From Mobula hypostoma (Eukaryota), in NCBI RefSeq assembly GCF_963921235.1, contig NC_086108.1:110672001-110736000 (forward strand): a DNA stretch of 64,000 bases. The letters are read 5' to 3'. The position numbers and the translations under genes were made by a program. The notes beneath the pieces were generated by a model, which saw nothing but the letters and a program-made list of their open reading frames with translations, did no database searches and was not told the origin of the DNA. This document shows, piece after piece, positions 1-12,945 of the stretch (the first letter of the stretch is position 1; each line of letters begins with the position of its first letter).

Positions 1-952
1 GGATCAGCTGTAGCAGTCTGTCATAATCCCCCTCTACCCCCTTGGAGGCGCACCAACGCTCACAATATGTCTGCATCTCATGGGCAAACTCTAAATACGT
101 GCGGTCCCACTGCTTCCTCGCATTCCGGAACCTCTGCCGGTATGCCTCCGGGACCAACTCATAAATCCTGAGGATGGCCTCTTTCACCACCTCATACCTC
201 TGGGCATCTTCCACGGACAAAGCTGAGTAAGCTTGTTGGGCTTTCCCTTTCAGTACACTCTGAAGCAAAACAGCCCACTTATCCCTCGGCCAGTCCTGAC
301 TTGTAGCAACTTTTTCGAAATGGAGAAAGTACCGATCCACATCGGTATCGTCAAATGGGGGAACCAGCCTAACCTCCTGGGTCGCCCTGAACCCTCCACC
401 TTGGTTTGGCATGGGCCCCTGCTCTGCCCTTATCTTTAACTTCTCCAGCTCAAATTCCCTTTCCCTCTGTTTCTCCAACTGCCTCTCTTCTCGCTCCAAC
501 TGTCTCTCTCTCTCTCTCTCTCCTGCCTTTCTAACTCGCTCTCCTGCCTTTCTAACTCTCTCTCTCTCTCTCTCTCTCCTGCCTTTCTAACTGTCTCTCT
601 CTCTCTCCTGCCTTTCTAACTCTCTCTCTTTCTCTTCTTGCTCCCATTGCCTCTCTTTCTCTTCGTGTTCTAGCTGCCGTACCCGGAACTCGTGCTCGAG
701 TCTCAGTTTTTCAAGCTGCACCTGTACCGCGTCTCCAGCAGGTTTTTCAATAGACACCACCTCCAGCTCCCCTTGGGGAAACACACCTTTAGATACATAG
801 TGCTCTACGATAGCTCTGTGTATCTCCTCTCTCCTCATTGTCGGCTTCCCCTTAACAAGATTCAACTGTTTGGCCACAGCTGCCAATTCCACTTTCCTGG
901 CATCCTCCAATGCCTCCAAGGTCGGCGCCTTTATAAATTCCTCAGCCTCCAT
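1..952 (-). mobile_element. Gag region of a Gmr1-like Gypsy LTR retrotransposon (coiled-coil plus SCAN-like capsid), frameshifted; continues beyond the window start
   Basis: ORF 952-587 reads MEAEEFIKAPTLEAL...EKLRLEHE followed by ERELERQE repeats. Downstream on the minus strand it reads VRLVPPFDDTDVDRYFLHFEKVATSQDWPRDKWAVLLQSVLKGKAQQAYSALSVEDAQRYEVVKEAILRIYELVPEAYRQRFR, which is typical Gypsy gag/SCAN-like sequence. Confidence 0.88.
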
Positions 953-1028
953 TTCTGCTGTTTGTCTTTTCTTTCTTTCGGGAATTTTAACCCAATCAAT
1001 TTACTCCGTCCCAAATTTAGCATTCAAA

Positions 1029-1047
1029 ATCGCGGACGAGAACCCCA
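1029..1047 (-). promoter_or_regulatory. Primer-binding site (tRNA-Pro-like) of the Gypsy element
   Basis: The minus strand reads TGGGGTTCTCGTCCGCGAT, 4 nt after the LTR end. It resembles the tRNA-Pro PBS TGGGGGCTCGTCCGGGAT. Confidence 0.7.
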
Positions 1048-1051
1048 CTTA

Positions 1052-1944
1052 TGTTACGTACCCCGTAACTGGGTTGCCAAACCAGCAGAAATGGATCACT
1101 CAGTTGGAGTCTGGATTACTAGAACTAAGAAAGTTTTATTAAAGAAACAAGCAACACAGTACTCCAATCAAAAGGATAATAAATGCAACAGTTCAGCAAT
1201 GATAAACACACATGTACACACAATTAAGATAACAGGATCAATCAAGCTCTATCGTCGTCTAGGGGTAAATGACCAGTTTCAAAGTGACGCAAAGTTCAGT
1301 TCAGTTGAGTTCAGTTCAGTTCACAGTAATCACTGCCGTGGGAGATGGACAGTGGGGGGAAGGAGAGAGAGAGAGAGCAAAAGCGAATGAATATTCAAAC
1401 GGCTTCCACACAGACCTTCAATATTCTTCGCAGTCAGCTTTCGGGCGAGCCCTTTGTGATGTCTTCTGAGGTCACCGACCGTGACCCCTCCGTTTCCAGA
1501 TACGATCGTTTCTCTGCAGTAAATCTGGCACCCAGGCAAGGGCGGACACACACCAGGTTCCCGCCGATCATACCTTTCCACCCTGTGCGTCTATGGCTTG
1601 GTCCCGCGACCAGCCCTCCAAAAACTCCCACTGACTTGTGGGAGGCGCACCGCTTCCAGGGTCTTGTTACCTCGTGGTGTCATGTGTGTCTTGCCTTAGC
1701 GAACCTGTCCCTTTTTATCCCCCTGCTGAGGTATCGCCTGTCCATCACTTCAAACAGTTCAGGGTTCAAAGGGGGAGCCGATCTTGACAGCTCTCCTTCC
1801 GTCCCTTCATTAACATCTTCAAATGCTGCTCTCTTGTTTTCCTTATCTCTCTTTCTCCTGAAGACAGGTGGCAGACCAACTGCTGATCCCATTGGTGCCA
1901 GCACAGGACAGCTAACATCTTAATCTATGTGTACTCTCGTCACA
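1052..1944 (-). mobile_element. 5' LTR (about 893 bp) of the Gypsy element
   Basis: TG...CA termini with imperfect inverted ends (tgttacg at 1052, cgtcaca ending at 1944), minus-strand AATAAA at 1135-1140, adjacent PBS and gag, and an abrupt switch to CR1 sequence after 1944. Confidence 0.82.
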
Positions 1945-3316
1945 ATTAGAAGTGGAGGTTGATAGGTTTTTGATTAGTCAAGGTGTCAAAGGTTACGGGG
2001 AGACAGAGAATGGGGTTGAGAGAGATAATGTATCAGCTATGATGGAATGACACAGCAGACTCAATGGGCCGAATGGCCTAATTCTCTTTCGATGGTCTTG
2101 GGATAATCAAAGGAGAATCAGTGGATGTTGTGCACTTGGATTTTCAGAAAGACTTTACAAGGTGCCACACATAAGACTGTTAAACAAGATAAGAGCCCAT
2201 GGTATTACAGGAAAAAATCTACCATAGATAAAGTGTCTGAATGGTCGGAGGCAAAAAAGTGGGAATAAAGAGAGCCTTTTCTGATTAGCTGCTGGTGAAC
2301 AGTGGTGTTCCAAAGGGGTCTGAGTCGAGACCAAATCTTTTTATGTTATATTGTATGCCAGTGATTTGGGTAATGGAATTGATGTCTTTGTGGTCAGGAC
2401 TGTGGAAGGTTCGAAGATACCTTTGTAGGAGGGGCTGGTGATGTCGAGGAAGCAAAGAGGCTGCAGAAAAACTTTGATGGATTTGGAGAACGGGCAAAGA
2501 ACTGGCACATGGAATACAGTGTTAGGAAGTGTTTGGCCAAGAGCTTTGGTAGAAGGAATAAAAGCATAGAATATTTTCTAAACAGGGAGAAAATTCAAAA
2601 CTCTGAAGTGCAAAGGGACTTGGGAGTCCTCATGCAGGATTTCCTTACGGTTAATTTGTAGGTTGAGAGCAATGTTAGCATTCATTTCATGAGGATTGGA
2701 ATATAAAAGCAAAGATGTAATGTTGAAGCTACATAAGGGACTAATGAGGCCTTGCTTGGCGTATTGTGAACAGGTTTGGCTGCCTTATTTAAGAAAGGAT
2801 GTGCTGACATTGGAGAGGGCTCAGAGGATGTTCATGCGAATGATTCTGGAAATGAAAAGCTTATTGTATGTGGAGTGATTGATGGCTCTGGGCCTGTACT
2901 TCCTGGAGTTTACAAGAATGAGGGGAGATCTCATTAAAACCTATCAAATGCTGTAAGGTCTAGATAGAGTAGATGTGGAAAGGTTTGTTTCCTGTGGTGG
3001 GGGAGTTGAGGACTAGAGGGCACAGACTCAGAATAGAGAGACATCCATTTAGAACCAAGATAAGAAGGATTTCCTTTAGCCAGAGGGTGGTGAATCTTTG
3101 GAATTCATTGCTACAGATGGCTGTGGAGGACAGGTCATTTGCTATATTTAAAGCGGAGGTTGATAGGTTCTTGATTAGTGAAGGTGTCAGGGGTTATGGG
3201 GAGAAGGCAGGAGAATAGGGTTCAGCAGGAAATGGATTGGCTATGATGAAAAGGTAGAGCAGACTTGATGGGCTGAATGGCCCAATGCTGCCTCTATGCC
3301 TCTGGTCTTATGATCT
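1945..3316 (+). mobile_element. Two adjacent degenerate CR1 LINE fragments (RT C-terminus and 3' UTR)
   Basis: ORFs 2696-2878 and 2973-3218 carry CR1 ORF2 motifs (KSKDVMLKL, LERAQR, RTRGHRL, QRVVNLWNSL). CR1-type 3' ends are present. Confidence 0.85.
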
Positions 3317-3589
3317 GATCGTCTTCAAGGTCATCATTATGGACTTCTGCTGGCAGATTTATTTAATTACTTTAATTCCTCAATGGCTCTGGTGGGATTT
3401 GAACTCATGTTTTTGAATTTCTGGTACTCTGACTTCTAGTCTAATATCTGAACCACCATGTTACCGTACTGCTGTGCAGCAGCTTGATGAGGTGCTTACA
3501 GGTTCATCTGCAAACCTGCCCTTCAGTCACCTTCCAGCATAAAATCCTCCATCTATAAACACACGGAAAGTGCTGGAGGAACTCAGCTT

Positions 3590-5250
3590 ACCAGTAGGCT
3601 AACTGGCACCAGCCTACTGGCTGTCAAGGACGTCTGTACAGAAGGGTGCCGAGAAGTGGCTGTTAACATCATGAAGGATCTCACCCACCACGTTCATGGA
3701 CTGTTTGTCCCACTCCCCCACACCCATCAGGGAGGGGGCTTCATAACATTCACGCCAGGACCACCACACTCAAAAACTGTTTCTTTCCCCAGCAGTGAGG
3801 CTGATCAACACCTCCACCCACTAACCCACCCCTCCACACCCCCAACATCCACTACTCTATCATTGAATTGAATTGAATGATCTTTATTGTCATTATACAT
3901 AGGTACAATGAAACTCTGTCTGGCTTCCTCTCAGGCAATTAAATAAAGCAGTAGGTAAAAACAAGACAGTAATAGAAAAGCAGTATTAAGTAGATAAGTA
4001 GCAGGAACTAAATTGCAGCAGCACCAGAATATCACAGTAATGCCCAAAGTGCCATTAGTGCCAGTATTTGAGTCATTGTGTGTCCATGTGTGTGCTCACA
4101 GTTTCAGTCATTGTTTTGTGGGAGTGGTGTGATGGAGGCCACAGCTCTGGGATAGAAGCTGTTCCTCAGACTATTTGGTCTGGCTTTTAGTGTCCTGAAC
4201 CTTTTGCTGGACGGCAGTGGGTCAAACAGGGAGTGGCCGGGGTGTGTGGTGTCTCTGGTTATGCTGATTGCTTTCCTCCTGAGTCTGCTGGAATAGATGG
4301 TGTCCAGTCCTAGGAGCTCCATCCTGACAATTCGCTGGGCCACCTTCACCAGGCGATGCAGGTCTTGTCGCTCAGTGGCTGTGCAGCTGACATACCACAC
4401 TGTGGCGCTGTCGGTCAGGATGGTTTCAATTGTGCTTCTGTAGAAGTTAAACAGCAGCTTTTGTGAGAGTTTGGCCTGTTTCAGCTTTCTGAGGAAGAAG
4501 AGTCTTTGTTGTGCCTTTTTTACAAGCAGCAAGGTGTTGGTGGTCCGTGTCAGCTGTTTTGACAACATAAGTCCAAGGAACTTTAGGTTTTCCACACTTT
4601 CCATTACCTTTCCTTGTATATGGAGGGGGGTGTGTACTCTGTCCTTCGATCTCCTGAAGTCAATGATTACCTCTTTTGTTTTAGAAGTGTTAAGGACCAG
4701 GTCGTTGTCCTTACACCACTCGGTCAGATGATCCACCTCAAGCCTGTAAGCTGTTTCATCCTCGTCTGAGATCAGGCCAACCACTGTGGTATCGTCCGCA
4801 AATTTAATTATGGAATTGGAGGTGTAGATGGGAGTGCAGTCATGTGTGAAGAGTGTGTAGGGCATAGGGCTCAGCACACAGCCCTGCGGCGTGCCTATTT
4901 TTAAGATGAGGGTGGTGGAGGTGTGCTGACCAATTCTGCCTTGCTGTGGTCGGTCTGTGAGAAAGTCCTTGACCCATGAGCACAGGGAGGAACAAAGGGA
5001 TTGACATTTCCTGTCAATCACCTTATGTACAGACTCTCTGTGCCTAGTGTCACTTTATTGACATAAAATCAATCTATGTGTATAAACTATCATAATATTT
5101 ATATTTATTGTGTTTTTTATTTTACTATTATTGTGTTCTTTATCTTATTGTGTATTTTGTTGGTGCTGCATTGGATCTGGAGTAACAATTATTTCATTCT
5201 CCTTTCCATGTGCACTGGAAATTACATTAAACAACCCTTGAATCTTGAAT
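3590..5250 (+). mobile_element. Rex1/Babar-like LINE 3' end, split by the 3865-5004 insertion
   Basis: Same sequence family as 21480-21895 and 56130-56575 (gaggctgatcaacacctccacccactaacccacc; tail cttgaatcttgaat). The host resumes after the insert with a duplicated CATT. Confidence 0.7.
3865..5004 (-). mobile_element. 5'-truncated Rex1/Babar-like LINE (RT C-terminal part plus DUF1891-like region)
   Basis: An open 305-aa frame with GTPQGCVLSP, KFADDTTVVGLIS, LNTSKTKE, KKAQQRLFFLRKL and RNSFYPRA; (TTCAA)n tail; CATT duplicated at 3861-3864 and 5005-5008. Confidence 0.88.
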
Positions 5251-6121
5251 CAGACAGTAGTTATGGTAGGAAATGGAGAGCCAACATTTCAAGTTGAGGT
5301 TTTCCACCTGGGCTCCACAGATGTTGCCTGGCCTGCTGAGAGTCTTACATTTTGTGTATGTTGCTCCAGATCTCCAGCACCTGCAGAATCCCTCGTGACT
5401 CAATTCCTGACACTCCGAAGACTCTCCACCATCTGCAGGAGTGTGATGGAGAACCTGCGCCCTAACTGGATGAGTTTGGCTCTACCAGCTCTGAAAAGCC
5501 TTTTCCTACCCAGGAGGGAGCTAGATTCAACCCAGTTCACTTCGCCGAGCCGTTACAGAATCTGTGGGAGGGAAGGAATGGCCGATATCCTGTATCAGGG
5601 CTGTTATTTTCCTCACAGTCAATTTCCCCCGGCAATCTGCTGAGTACCTCCGGCATTTTGTACATATTGCTCCAGATTTCCAGCATCTGCAGAATCTCGA
5701 GTGGTTCTGTAAGCAGTAATTTTCCGTTGTTAACTATCTCACTGGATTTGTTGATTTGCTGCCAGCACTTCATTGAAGTTTCAGTCCAACAGAGGCAAAT
5801 GCGTGACTGACATGAAGAATTCAAACACATGATTGACGTGATTGACATGAAGATAGCCAGGAGACATCAGGAAATGGGTGGAAGCCAGATCTGGAATCCT
5901 ATTGTCTCTCTAGTGGTTGAGTGACACAAAATGTGCACCTCTAGCAGCATGTTCCACACACGCACCACTCTCTGTGTAAGAAAACTTATCTCTGACATCC
6001 CTCCCCCACTCTCATCCGGTCGCTTTAAAGTTACATCTCTTTTTTTTTAACCCTTTCACAGCCTGAGAAAATCTGCCTTGAAAATACAGTGCAGGTGAAC
6101 AATAAGGTGCAACATTATAAT

Positions 6122-6910
6122 AATAGAACATAGAATAGTACAACACATTACAGGCCCTTCGGCCCACAATGTTGTGCCGACCCTAAAACCCTGCCTCCCA
6201 TATAACCTCCCACCTTAAATTCCTCCATATACCTGTCTAGTAGTCTCTTAAACTTCACGAGTGTATCTGCCTCCACCACTGACTCAGGCAGTGTAATCCA
6301 CGCACCAACCACTCTCTGAGTAAAAAACCTTCCTCTAATATCCCCCTTGAACTTTCAACCCCTTACCTTAAAGCCATGTCCTCTTGTATTGAGCAGTGGT
6401 GCCCTGGGGAAGAGGCTCTGGTTATCCACTCTGTCTATTCCTCTTATTATCTTGTACACCTCTATCATGTCTCCTTTCATCCTCCCTCTCTCCAAAGAGT
6501 AAAGCCCTAGCTCCCTTAATCTCTGATCATACTCCATACTCTCTAAACCAGGCAGCATCCTGGTAAATCCCCACTGTACCTTTTCCAATGCTTCCACATC
6601 CTTCCTATAGTGAGGTGACCAGAACTGGACACAGTACTCCAAGTGTGGCGTAACCGGAGTTTTATAGAGCTGCAAAATTACATCACGACTCTTAAACTCT
6701 ATCCCTCGACTTATGAAAGCTAACACCCCATAAGCTTTCTTAACTACCCTATCCACCTGTGAGGCAACTTTCAGGGATCTGTGGACATGTACCCCCAGAT
6801 CCCTCTGCTCCCTCTGCTCCTTCACACTACCAAGTATCCTGCCATTTACTTTGTACTCTGCCTTGGAGTTTGTTCTTCCAAAGTGTACCACCTCACACTT
6901 CACAACATAG
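6122..6910 (-). mobile_element. CR1 LINE 3' fragment
   Basis: ORF 6930-6355 (KCEVVHFGR, RDLGVHVH, PHLEYCVQFWSPHY, TRGHGFK) and a CR1 3' tail at 6122. Confidence 0.9.
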
Positions 6911-6929
6911 GCTGTGAGGTCAAGAGTCA

Positions 6930-8080
6930 AACCTATTTATTTATTTATTTAGCGATACAGCACGGAGCAGGTCGTTGCGGCCACGGTTTGCATATCTAGA
7001 CAGCTGGGAGGCAGCATTCACAGTCACACCCTGACCAGCAAAGGCCTCCAATCACAGGACAATTTAGATCACTAACTAACCAGTTCATCTTTGGACTGTG
7101 GGAGGAAACTGGAGCACCCGGAGGAAACCCATGCGTTCATAGGGAGGACATAGAAAGACTCCTTACAGAGGATGCTGGAATTGAACTCCAAGGGCCCTGG
7201 GCTGTAATAGGGTTATGCTAATCATTACACTACCATAGCATCCCACTAGTGGTTGAGTGACCCAAAATATAAAAATAGCTTTGTAACCGGAGCTCCAAGA
7301 TTAAAGGATACCTTTCTTTGTCACATGTACATCAAAATATTGAAACATAGAGTGAAATGTGTTACTTGTGCCAAATCAAATCAGTGAGGATTATCCTGGG
7401 GCAGCCCACAAGTATCACCACGGTTCTGGCAGTAACGTAGTATGCCCACAACTGACTAATCCTAACCAGCGCACCTAGATTTTGATTAGCTTTATTTGTC
7501 ACATGCACATTGAAACATACAGTGAAATGTGTCATTTGTGTCAACAACCAAGACAGTCCGAGGAATTGTTCGGGGTCGCCCACTATATCGCTGTACATTC
7601 CAACACCAACGCAGCTTGTCCAAAACTCCCTAAACCTAACCCGTATGTTTCCGGAATGTGAGAGGAAACCAGAGCTTCTGGAGTAAGCACACATGGTTAT
7701 GGAGAGAACATACAAACTCCTTACAGGCAACGGCGGAAATTGAACCCAGGCTGCTGACACTGTAAACCGTTATGCGAACCACTGCCACACTGACAAATTT
7801 AACTACTGAATACATAGTGCTCGGCAGATCAATAACTGCTGTTCTGACAGTATCATGGTGCAGCATGGCAGTGTAGTGGTTAGCACAAAGCTTTACGGTG
7901 CCAGCGACCTGGGTTTGTACGTTCTCCCCATGACCACAAGGGTTTCCTCCGGGTGCTCTGGTTTCCTCCCACAGTCCAAAGACGTACCAGTTGGTAGGTT
8001 CATTGGTCATTGTAAGTTGTCCTGTGATTGGGCTAAGATTAAATTGGGAGATTGCTGGGTGGCACAACTTGAAGGGCTGG
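6930..8080. mobile_element. Cluster of tRNA-derived V-SINE (HE1-like) copies: about 6930-7245 (-), 7310-7460 (-, partial), 7480-7790 (-), 7858-8080 (+)
   Basis: V-domain core (gttctcccc...gggtttcctccgggtgctctggtttcctcccacagtccaaagac) and an A-box-like head (gtgtagtggttagcac). Confidence 0.75.
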
Positions 8081-8114
8081 AGTCACAGAGGAGATCCGAA
8101 ACACAGAGATCACT

Positions 8115-8820
8115 TACTTAGGAATCCTCGTGCAAGACTCCTAGAAGGTTAATTTGTACATTGAGTCCGTGGTAAAGAAGGTCAATGCAATATTGGCATT
8201 TATTTCAAGGGGACTAGAATATAAAAGCAAGGAGGTAATGCTGAGCCTTTATAAGACACTAGTCAGGCTGCACTTGGGGTATTATCAACAGTTTTGGGCC
8301 CCCATACCTCAGAAAGGATGTGTTGTCATTGGAGAGAGTCCAGAGGAGGTTCACGAGGATGATTCTGAGAATGAAGGGATTAGCATATGAGGAGTGTGTG
8401 GCAGCTTTGGGCCTGTACTCACTGGAATTTAGAAAAATGTGGGGGAACCTCATTGAAACCTACCGAATGTTGAAAGACTTAGATAGGGTGGATGTGGAGA
8501 GGATGTTTCCTACAATGGAAGTATCTATAACTAAGGGGGACAGCCTCAAAATTGAGAGACAACACTTTTGAACAGAAATAATAAGGATTTTTTTTTAGCC
8601 AGAGTGGTGGAATACTCTGCCACAGACTGCAGGGGAGGCCAAGTACATGGGTATATTTAAAGCAGATGTTGATAGTTTCCCGCTCAGTCAGGGCATCAAA
8701 GGATATGGTGAGAAGGTAGGTGTACAGGGTTGAGTGGGATCCGGGATCAGCCATGATGGAATAGCAGAGCAGACTCGATGGGCTGAATGGCCTAATTCTG
8801 CTCCTATGTCTTGTGGTCTT
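8115..8820 (+). mobile_element. CR1 LINE 3' fragment
   Basis: ORFs 8154-8390 and 8320-8571 carry CR1 ORF2 C-terminal motifs; CR1 3' UTR follows. Confidence 0.85.
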
Positions 8821-8855
8821 CAGTCTGCTTCCCTATTGACTTCTGACTGATTTGA

Positions 8856-9400
8856 TGAGATTTGGTATGTCTCCAAAGTCACTCACAAATTTCTACAGAT
8901 GTACCACAGAGAGTATTCTAATTGGCTGCATTGCCATCTGGAAAGGAGGGGTCGGAATAAGCCACAGAGAGTTGTAAACTGAGTCAGTTCCATCGTGAGC
9001 ACTAGACTCTGTTGTATCCAGGACACCTTCATGGAGCGATGCCTCAAAAAGGCAGCGTCCATCATTAAGGGCCCCCATCACCCAAGTCAAGCCTTGTTCT
9101 CATTGCTGCCATCAGGGAGGAGGTACAGAAGCCTGAAGTCACACACTCAGCGATTCAGGAACGGCTTCTTCCCCTCCGCCATCTGCTTTCAGAATGGACA
9201 TTGAACCCATGAACACTACCTCACTACTTTTTTATTTTTATTTTTGCACTACTTATTTAATGTAACTAATTAAGATATATACTTACTGTAATTTACAGCA
9301 TTTTTCTCCATTATTATGCATTGCAATGTACAGCTGCCACAATATCAACAACTGTAACAACCTGTTGCTGATATTAAAGCTGATTCTGAATCTGATTCTA
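8856..9400 (+). mobile_element. Rex1/Babar-like LINE 3' end
   Basis: ORF 8995-9204 (KAASIIKGPHHPSQALFSLLPSGRRYRSL...RFRNGFFPSAI) and a (CTGATT)n-like tail. Confidence 0.8.
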
Positions 9401-9932
9401 GTACTATCTCTCAACGTTACTCTTCTATCTTTTCCCTGTAACCTTTCACTATTCAAGAACAGATCGATCTCCACTTTAAATCACTTGGGCAATGAATTCC
9501 ACATATTCATCATCCTCTGGCTAAAGAAATTCAACAGCTCCATTCTAAAGGGAGATCCCTCTGTTCTGAGGCTGTGCTGTCTGGTCCTGGACTCCCCCGC
9601 TATCAGAATTATCCTCTTTACATCCACTCTGCATCTATTCAGGCCTTTCAATAATCAGTAGGTTTCAATGAGATCCCCTCCCCACTCATTCTTCTAATGA
9701 GCGACCATTCATTTATACTTGTTCCAAATCTAGTATCAAAACCAAGAGCATCATGTACAGAAGATGGGATGTTATGTCGCACTTGTCCTCACAGAGACAT
9801 CAGAAGTGGAAGGAGTGAGCAATTTCAAATTCAGGGGTGTCAAGATCTCTGAGGATCTAACCTCGACCCAACATATTGATGAAGCTACAAAGAAGGCATG
9901 ACAGCGACTATATTTCATTAGGAATTTGAGGA

Positions 9933-12178
9933 GTTGGTGTGGACATCAGCCAGGTAGAACAGCGAGGAGAGTTTAAAAGGAGACAGCTTTATAGAGCAGA
10001 CATTGGAGGGGTGGGCAATGGAGTAGAGGGAGATAGAGTAGGAAGTCTTTGGCTCAATGGGGCTTAGGCGTTAATGGATCCAGGCGAGGTAGGTTAACCG
10101 TGTAGATTAGAGACAGGAAGTTTGTGTGTGAGGCCAGTGTTCTGTGCTCGGTGACAGATCTGGGAAGTCCTGGAGACTCCAAGTCTCTCGGATGGCCACA
10201 TCTGTGCCAGGTGCTTGGAGCTGCAGCTCCTTAGGGACTGCGTTAGGGAAGTGGAGATGCAGCTCAATGACCTTCGTCTGGTCAGGGAGAGTGAGGAGGT
10301 GATAGAGAGGAGCTATAGACAGGTAGTCACCCTGGGGCCTCGGGAGACAGATAAGTGGGTATCAGTCAGGAGAGGGAAGAGCAACAGTCAGATGCTAGAG
10401 AGTACCCCTGTGGCTGTCTCCCTTAACAATAAGTACTCCTGTTTGAGTACTGTTGGGGGGACAGCCTACCTGGGGGAAACAACAGTGGCTGTGCCTCTGG
10501 CACAGAGTCTGGCCCTGTGGCTCAGAAGGGTAGGGAAAGGAACAGGATGGCAGCAGTGATAGGGGACTCTATAGTTAGGGGTTCAGATAGGAGATACTGT
10601 GGATGCAGGAAAGAAACACGGCTGGTAGTTTGCCTCCCAGGTGCCAGGATCCGGGACGTTTATGATGGAGGAAAGGGAGGTTGGCTCATAAATAGAGAAA
10701 GTTTGGAGACAGTGCGAAAGGGAGGATAGGCAGGTGATAGAGAAGGGATGCACTCAGTCCGATGGTTTGAGATGTGTCTATTTTAATGCGAGGAGTATCA
10801 TGAATAAAGCGGATGAGCTTGGGGCATGGATCAGTACTTGGAGCTATGATGTTGTGGCCATTACAGAGACTTGAATGGTGCAGGGGCGGGAATGGCTACT
10901 GCAAGTGCCAGGCTTTAGATGTTTCAGAAAGGACAGGGAGGGAGGCAAAAGAGGTGGGGGTGTGGCACTGCTGATCAGAGATAGTGTCACGGCTGCAGAA
11001 AAGGAGGAAGTCATGGAGGGGTTGTCCACAGAGTTTCTGTGGGTGGAAGTTAGGAATAGGAAGGGGCCAATAACTCTACTGGGTGTTTTTTATAGACCAC
11101 TCAATAGTAACAGGGAGATCAAGGAGCAGATAGGGAGACAGATTCTGGAAAGGAGTAATAATAACAGGGTTGTTGTGGTGGGAGATTTTAATTTCCCAAA
11201 TATTGATTAGCATCTACCTAGATTGAGGGGTTTAGATGGGGTGGAGTTTGTTAGGTGTGTTCAGGAAGGTTTCTTGACACAATATGTCGATAAACCTACA
11301 AGAGGAGAGGCCGTACTTGGTCTGCTATTGGGGAATGAACCTGATCAGGTGTCAGGTCTCTCAGTGGGAGAGCATTTTGGAGATAGTGATCACAATTCTA
11401 TCTCCTTTACCATAGCATTGGAGAGGGATAGGAACAAATAAGTCAGGGAAACGTTTAATTGGAGTAAGGGGAACTATGAGGCTATCAGGCAGGAACTTGG
11501 AGGCATAAATTGGAAACAGATGTTCTCAGGGAAAAGTACCGAAGAAATGTGGCAAATGTTCAGGGGATATTTGCGTGGGGTTCTGAGTAGGTACGTTCCA
11601 ATGAGACATGGAAAGGATGGTAGGGTACAGGAACCATGGTGTACAAAGTCTTTTGTAAATCTAGTGAAGAAGAAAAGAAGAGCTTACGAAAGGTTCAAAA
11701 AACTATGTAAAGATAGAGACCTAGAAGATTATAAGGCTAGCAGGAAAGAGCTTAAGAAAGAAATTAGGAGAGCCAGGGGGGAAATTACCTAGAGTTACCC
11801 TTAGCCCTCTATTTTTCTAAGCTCCATGTACCTTTCTAGGAGACTCTTAAAAGACCCTATTGTATCTGTATTTCCATGAAATTTTTCTAGGGTGGAAATG
11901 GCTAGCACGAGAGGACACAGGTTTAAGGTGCTTGGAAATAGGTACAGAGGAGATATCAGGGGTAAGTTTTTTACTCAGAGAGTGGTGAGTGCGTGGAATG
12001 GGCTGCCGGCGACTGTGGTGCAGGCGGATACGATAGGGTCTTTTAAGAGACTCCTGGACAAGTACATGGAGCTTAGAAAAATAGGAGGCTATGGGTAACC
12101 CTAGGTAATTTCTAAGATTTGGCATAGCTTTGTGGGACGAAGGGCCTGTATTGCGCTGTAGGTTTTCTATGTTTCTAT
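9933..12178 (+). mobile_element. Long, internally deleted CR1 LINE (ORF1 zinc finger/leucine zipper, SGNH esterase start, APE endonuclease, 3' end) inserted in a Rex1-like element (9790-12730)
   Basis: CARCLELQLLRDCVREVEMQL, VIGDSIVRGSDR, RKDREGGKRGGGVALLIR, VVVGDFNFPNID and GDSDHNSI; TTTCTATG tail at about 12165-12178. The Rex1-like host reads ...aggaatttgaggag / atttggtatatcacc across the insert. Confidence 0.88.
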
Positions 12179-12945
12179 GAGATTTGGTATATCACCAAAA
12201 ACACTCACAAATTTCTGCAGATGTACCATGGAGAGCATTCTAACTGGCTGCATCACCGTCTGGTATAGGGGAGGGGGTGGGCGGGATGGCTACAGCACAG
12301 GATTGAAAAGAGCTGCAGAGAATTTTAAACTTAGTCAGCCCCATTATGAGCACTGGCCTCCATCGTATCCAGGACATCCTCAGGGAATGATGCCTCAATA
12401 AGGTGGCATCCATCATTAAGAACCCCCATCACCCAGGACAAGGCCTCTTCTCATTGCTACCATGAGGGGGGAGGTACAGAAGCCTGAAAGCACACACTCA
12501 GTGATTCAGGAACAGCTTCTTCCCCTTTGCCCTCAGATTTCTGAATGGACACTGAACACATGAACTTTGTTATTTTTATTTTCTGTATTACTTATTTCAT
12601 TTACATATACATACACACACTTATTATAATTCATGTTTTTCCTATTATTATGAATTGTAGTGTACACCTGCTACAAAGACAATAGATTTCACAACATAAG
12701 CTGGTGATATTAAACCTGATTCTGATTTTGATTGCAGAAGTTGCTGATAAGGCTGGATTTGAAATATTGCGCTCGGTTCTGGGCACCGTGCTGTAGGAAA
12801 GATGTCATTAACCTGGAAAGAGTGCAGAGGAGATTTATGATAATGTTACTGGTACTGAAGAATGGAGAGAGGTTGCGTCGATTGAAATTTTTTCTCTGAG
12901 GACATAGAAGATTGAAGGATGATCAAGCGGTGTATAAAATCATAG

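Noticed and set aside
1294..1325. Short (GTTCA)n array, and other simple repeats such as (CTAT)n and (CT)n
   Set aside because: These are microsatellites in an LTR or LINE tails, with no repeat-spacer structure, so they are not CRISPR-like.
692..1923. Long plus-strand ORFs of 232 aa and 192 aa
   Set aside because: They lie antisense to gag or within the LTR and show no recognisable protein motifs.
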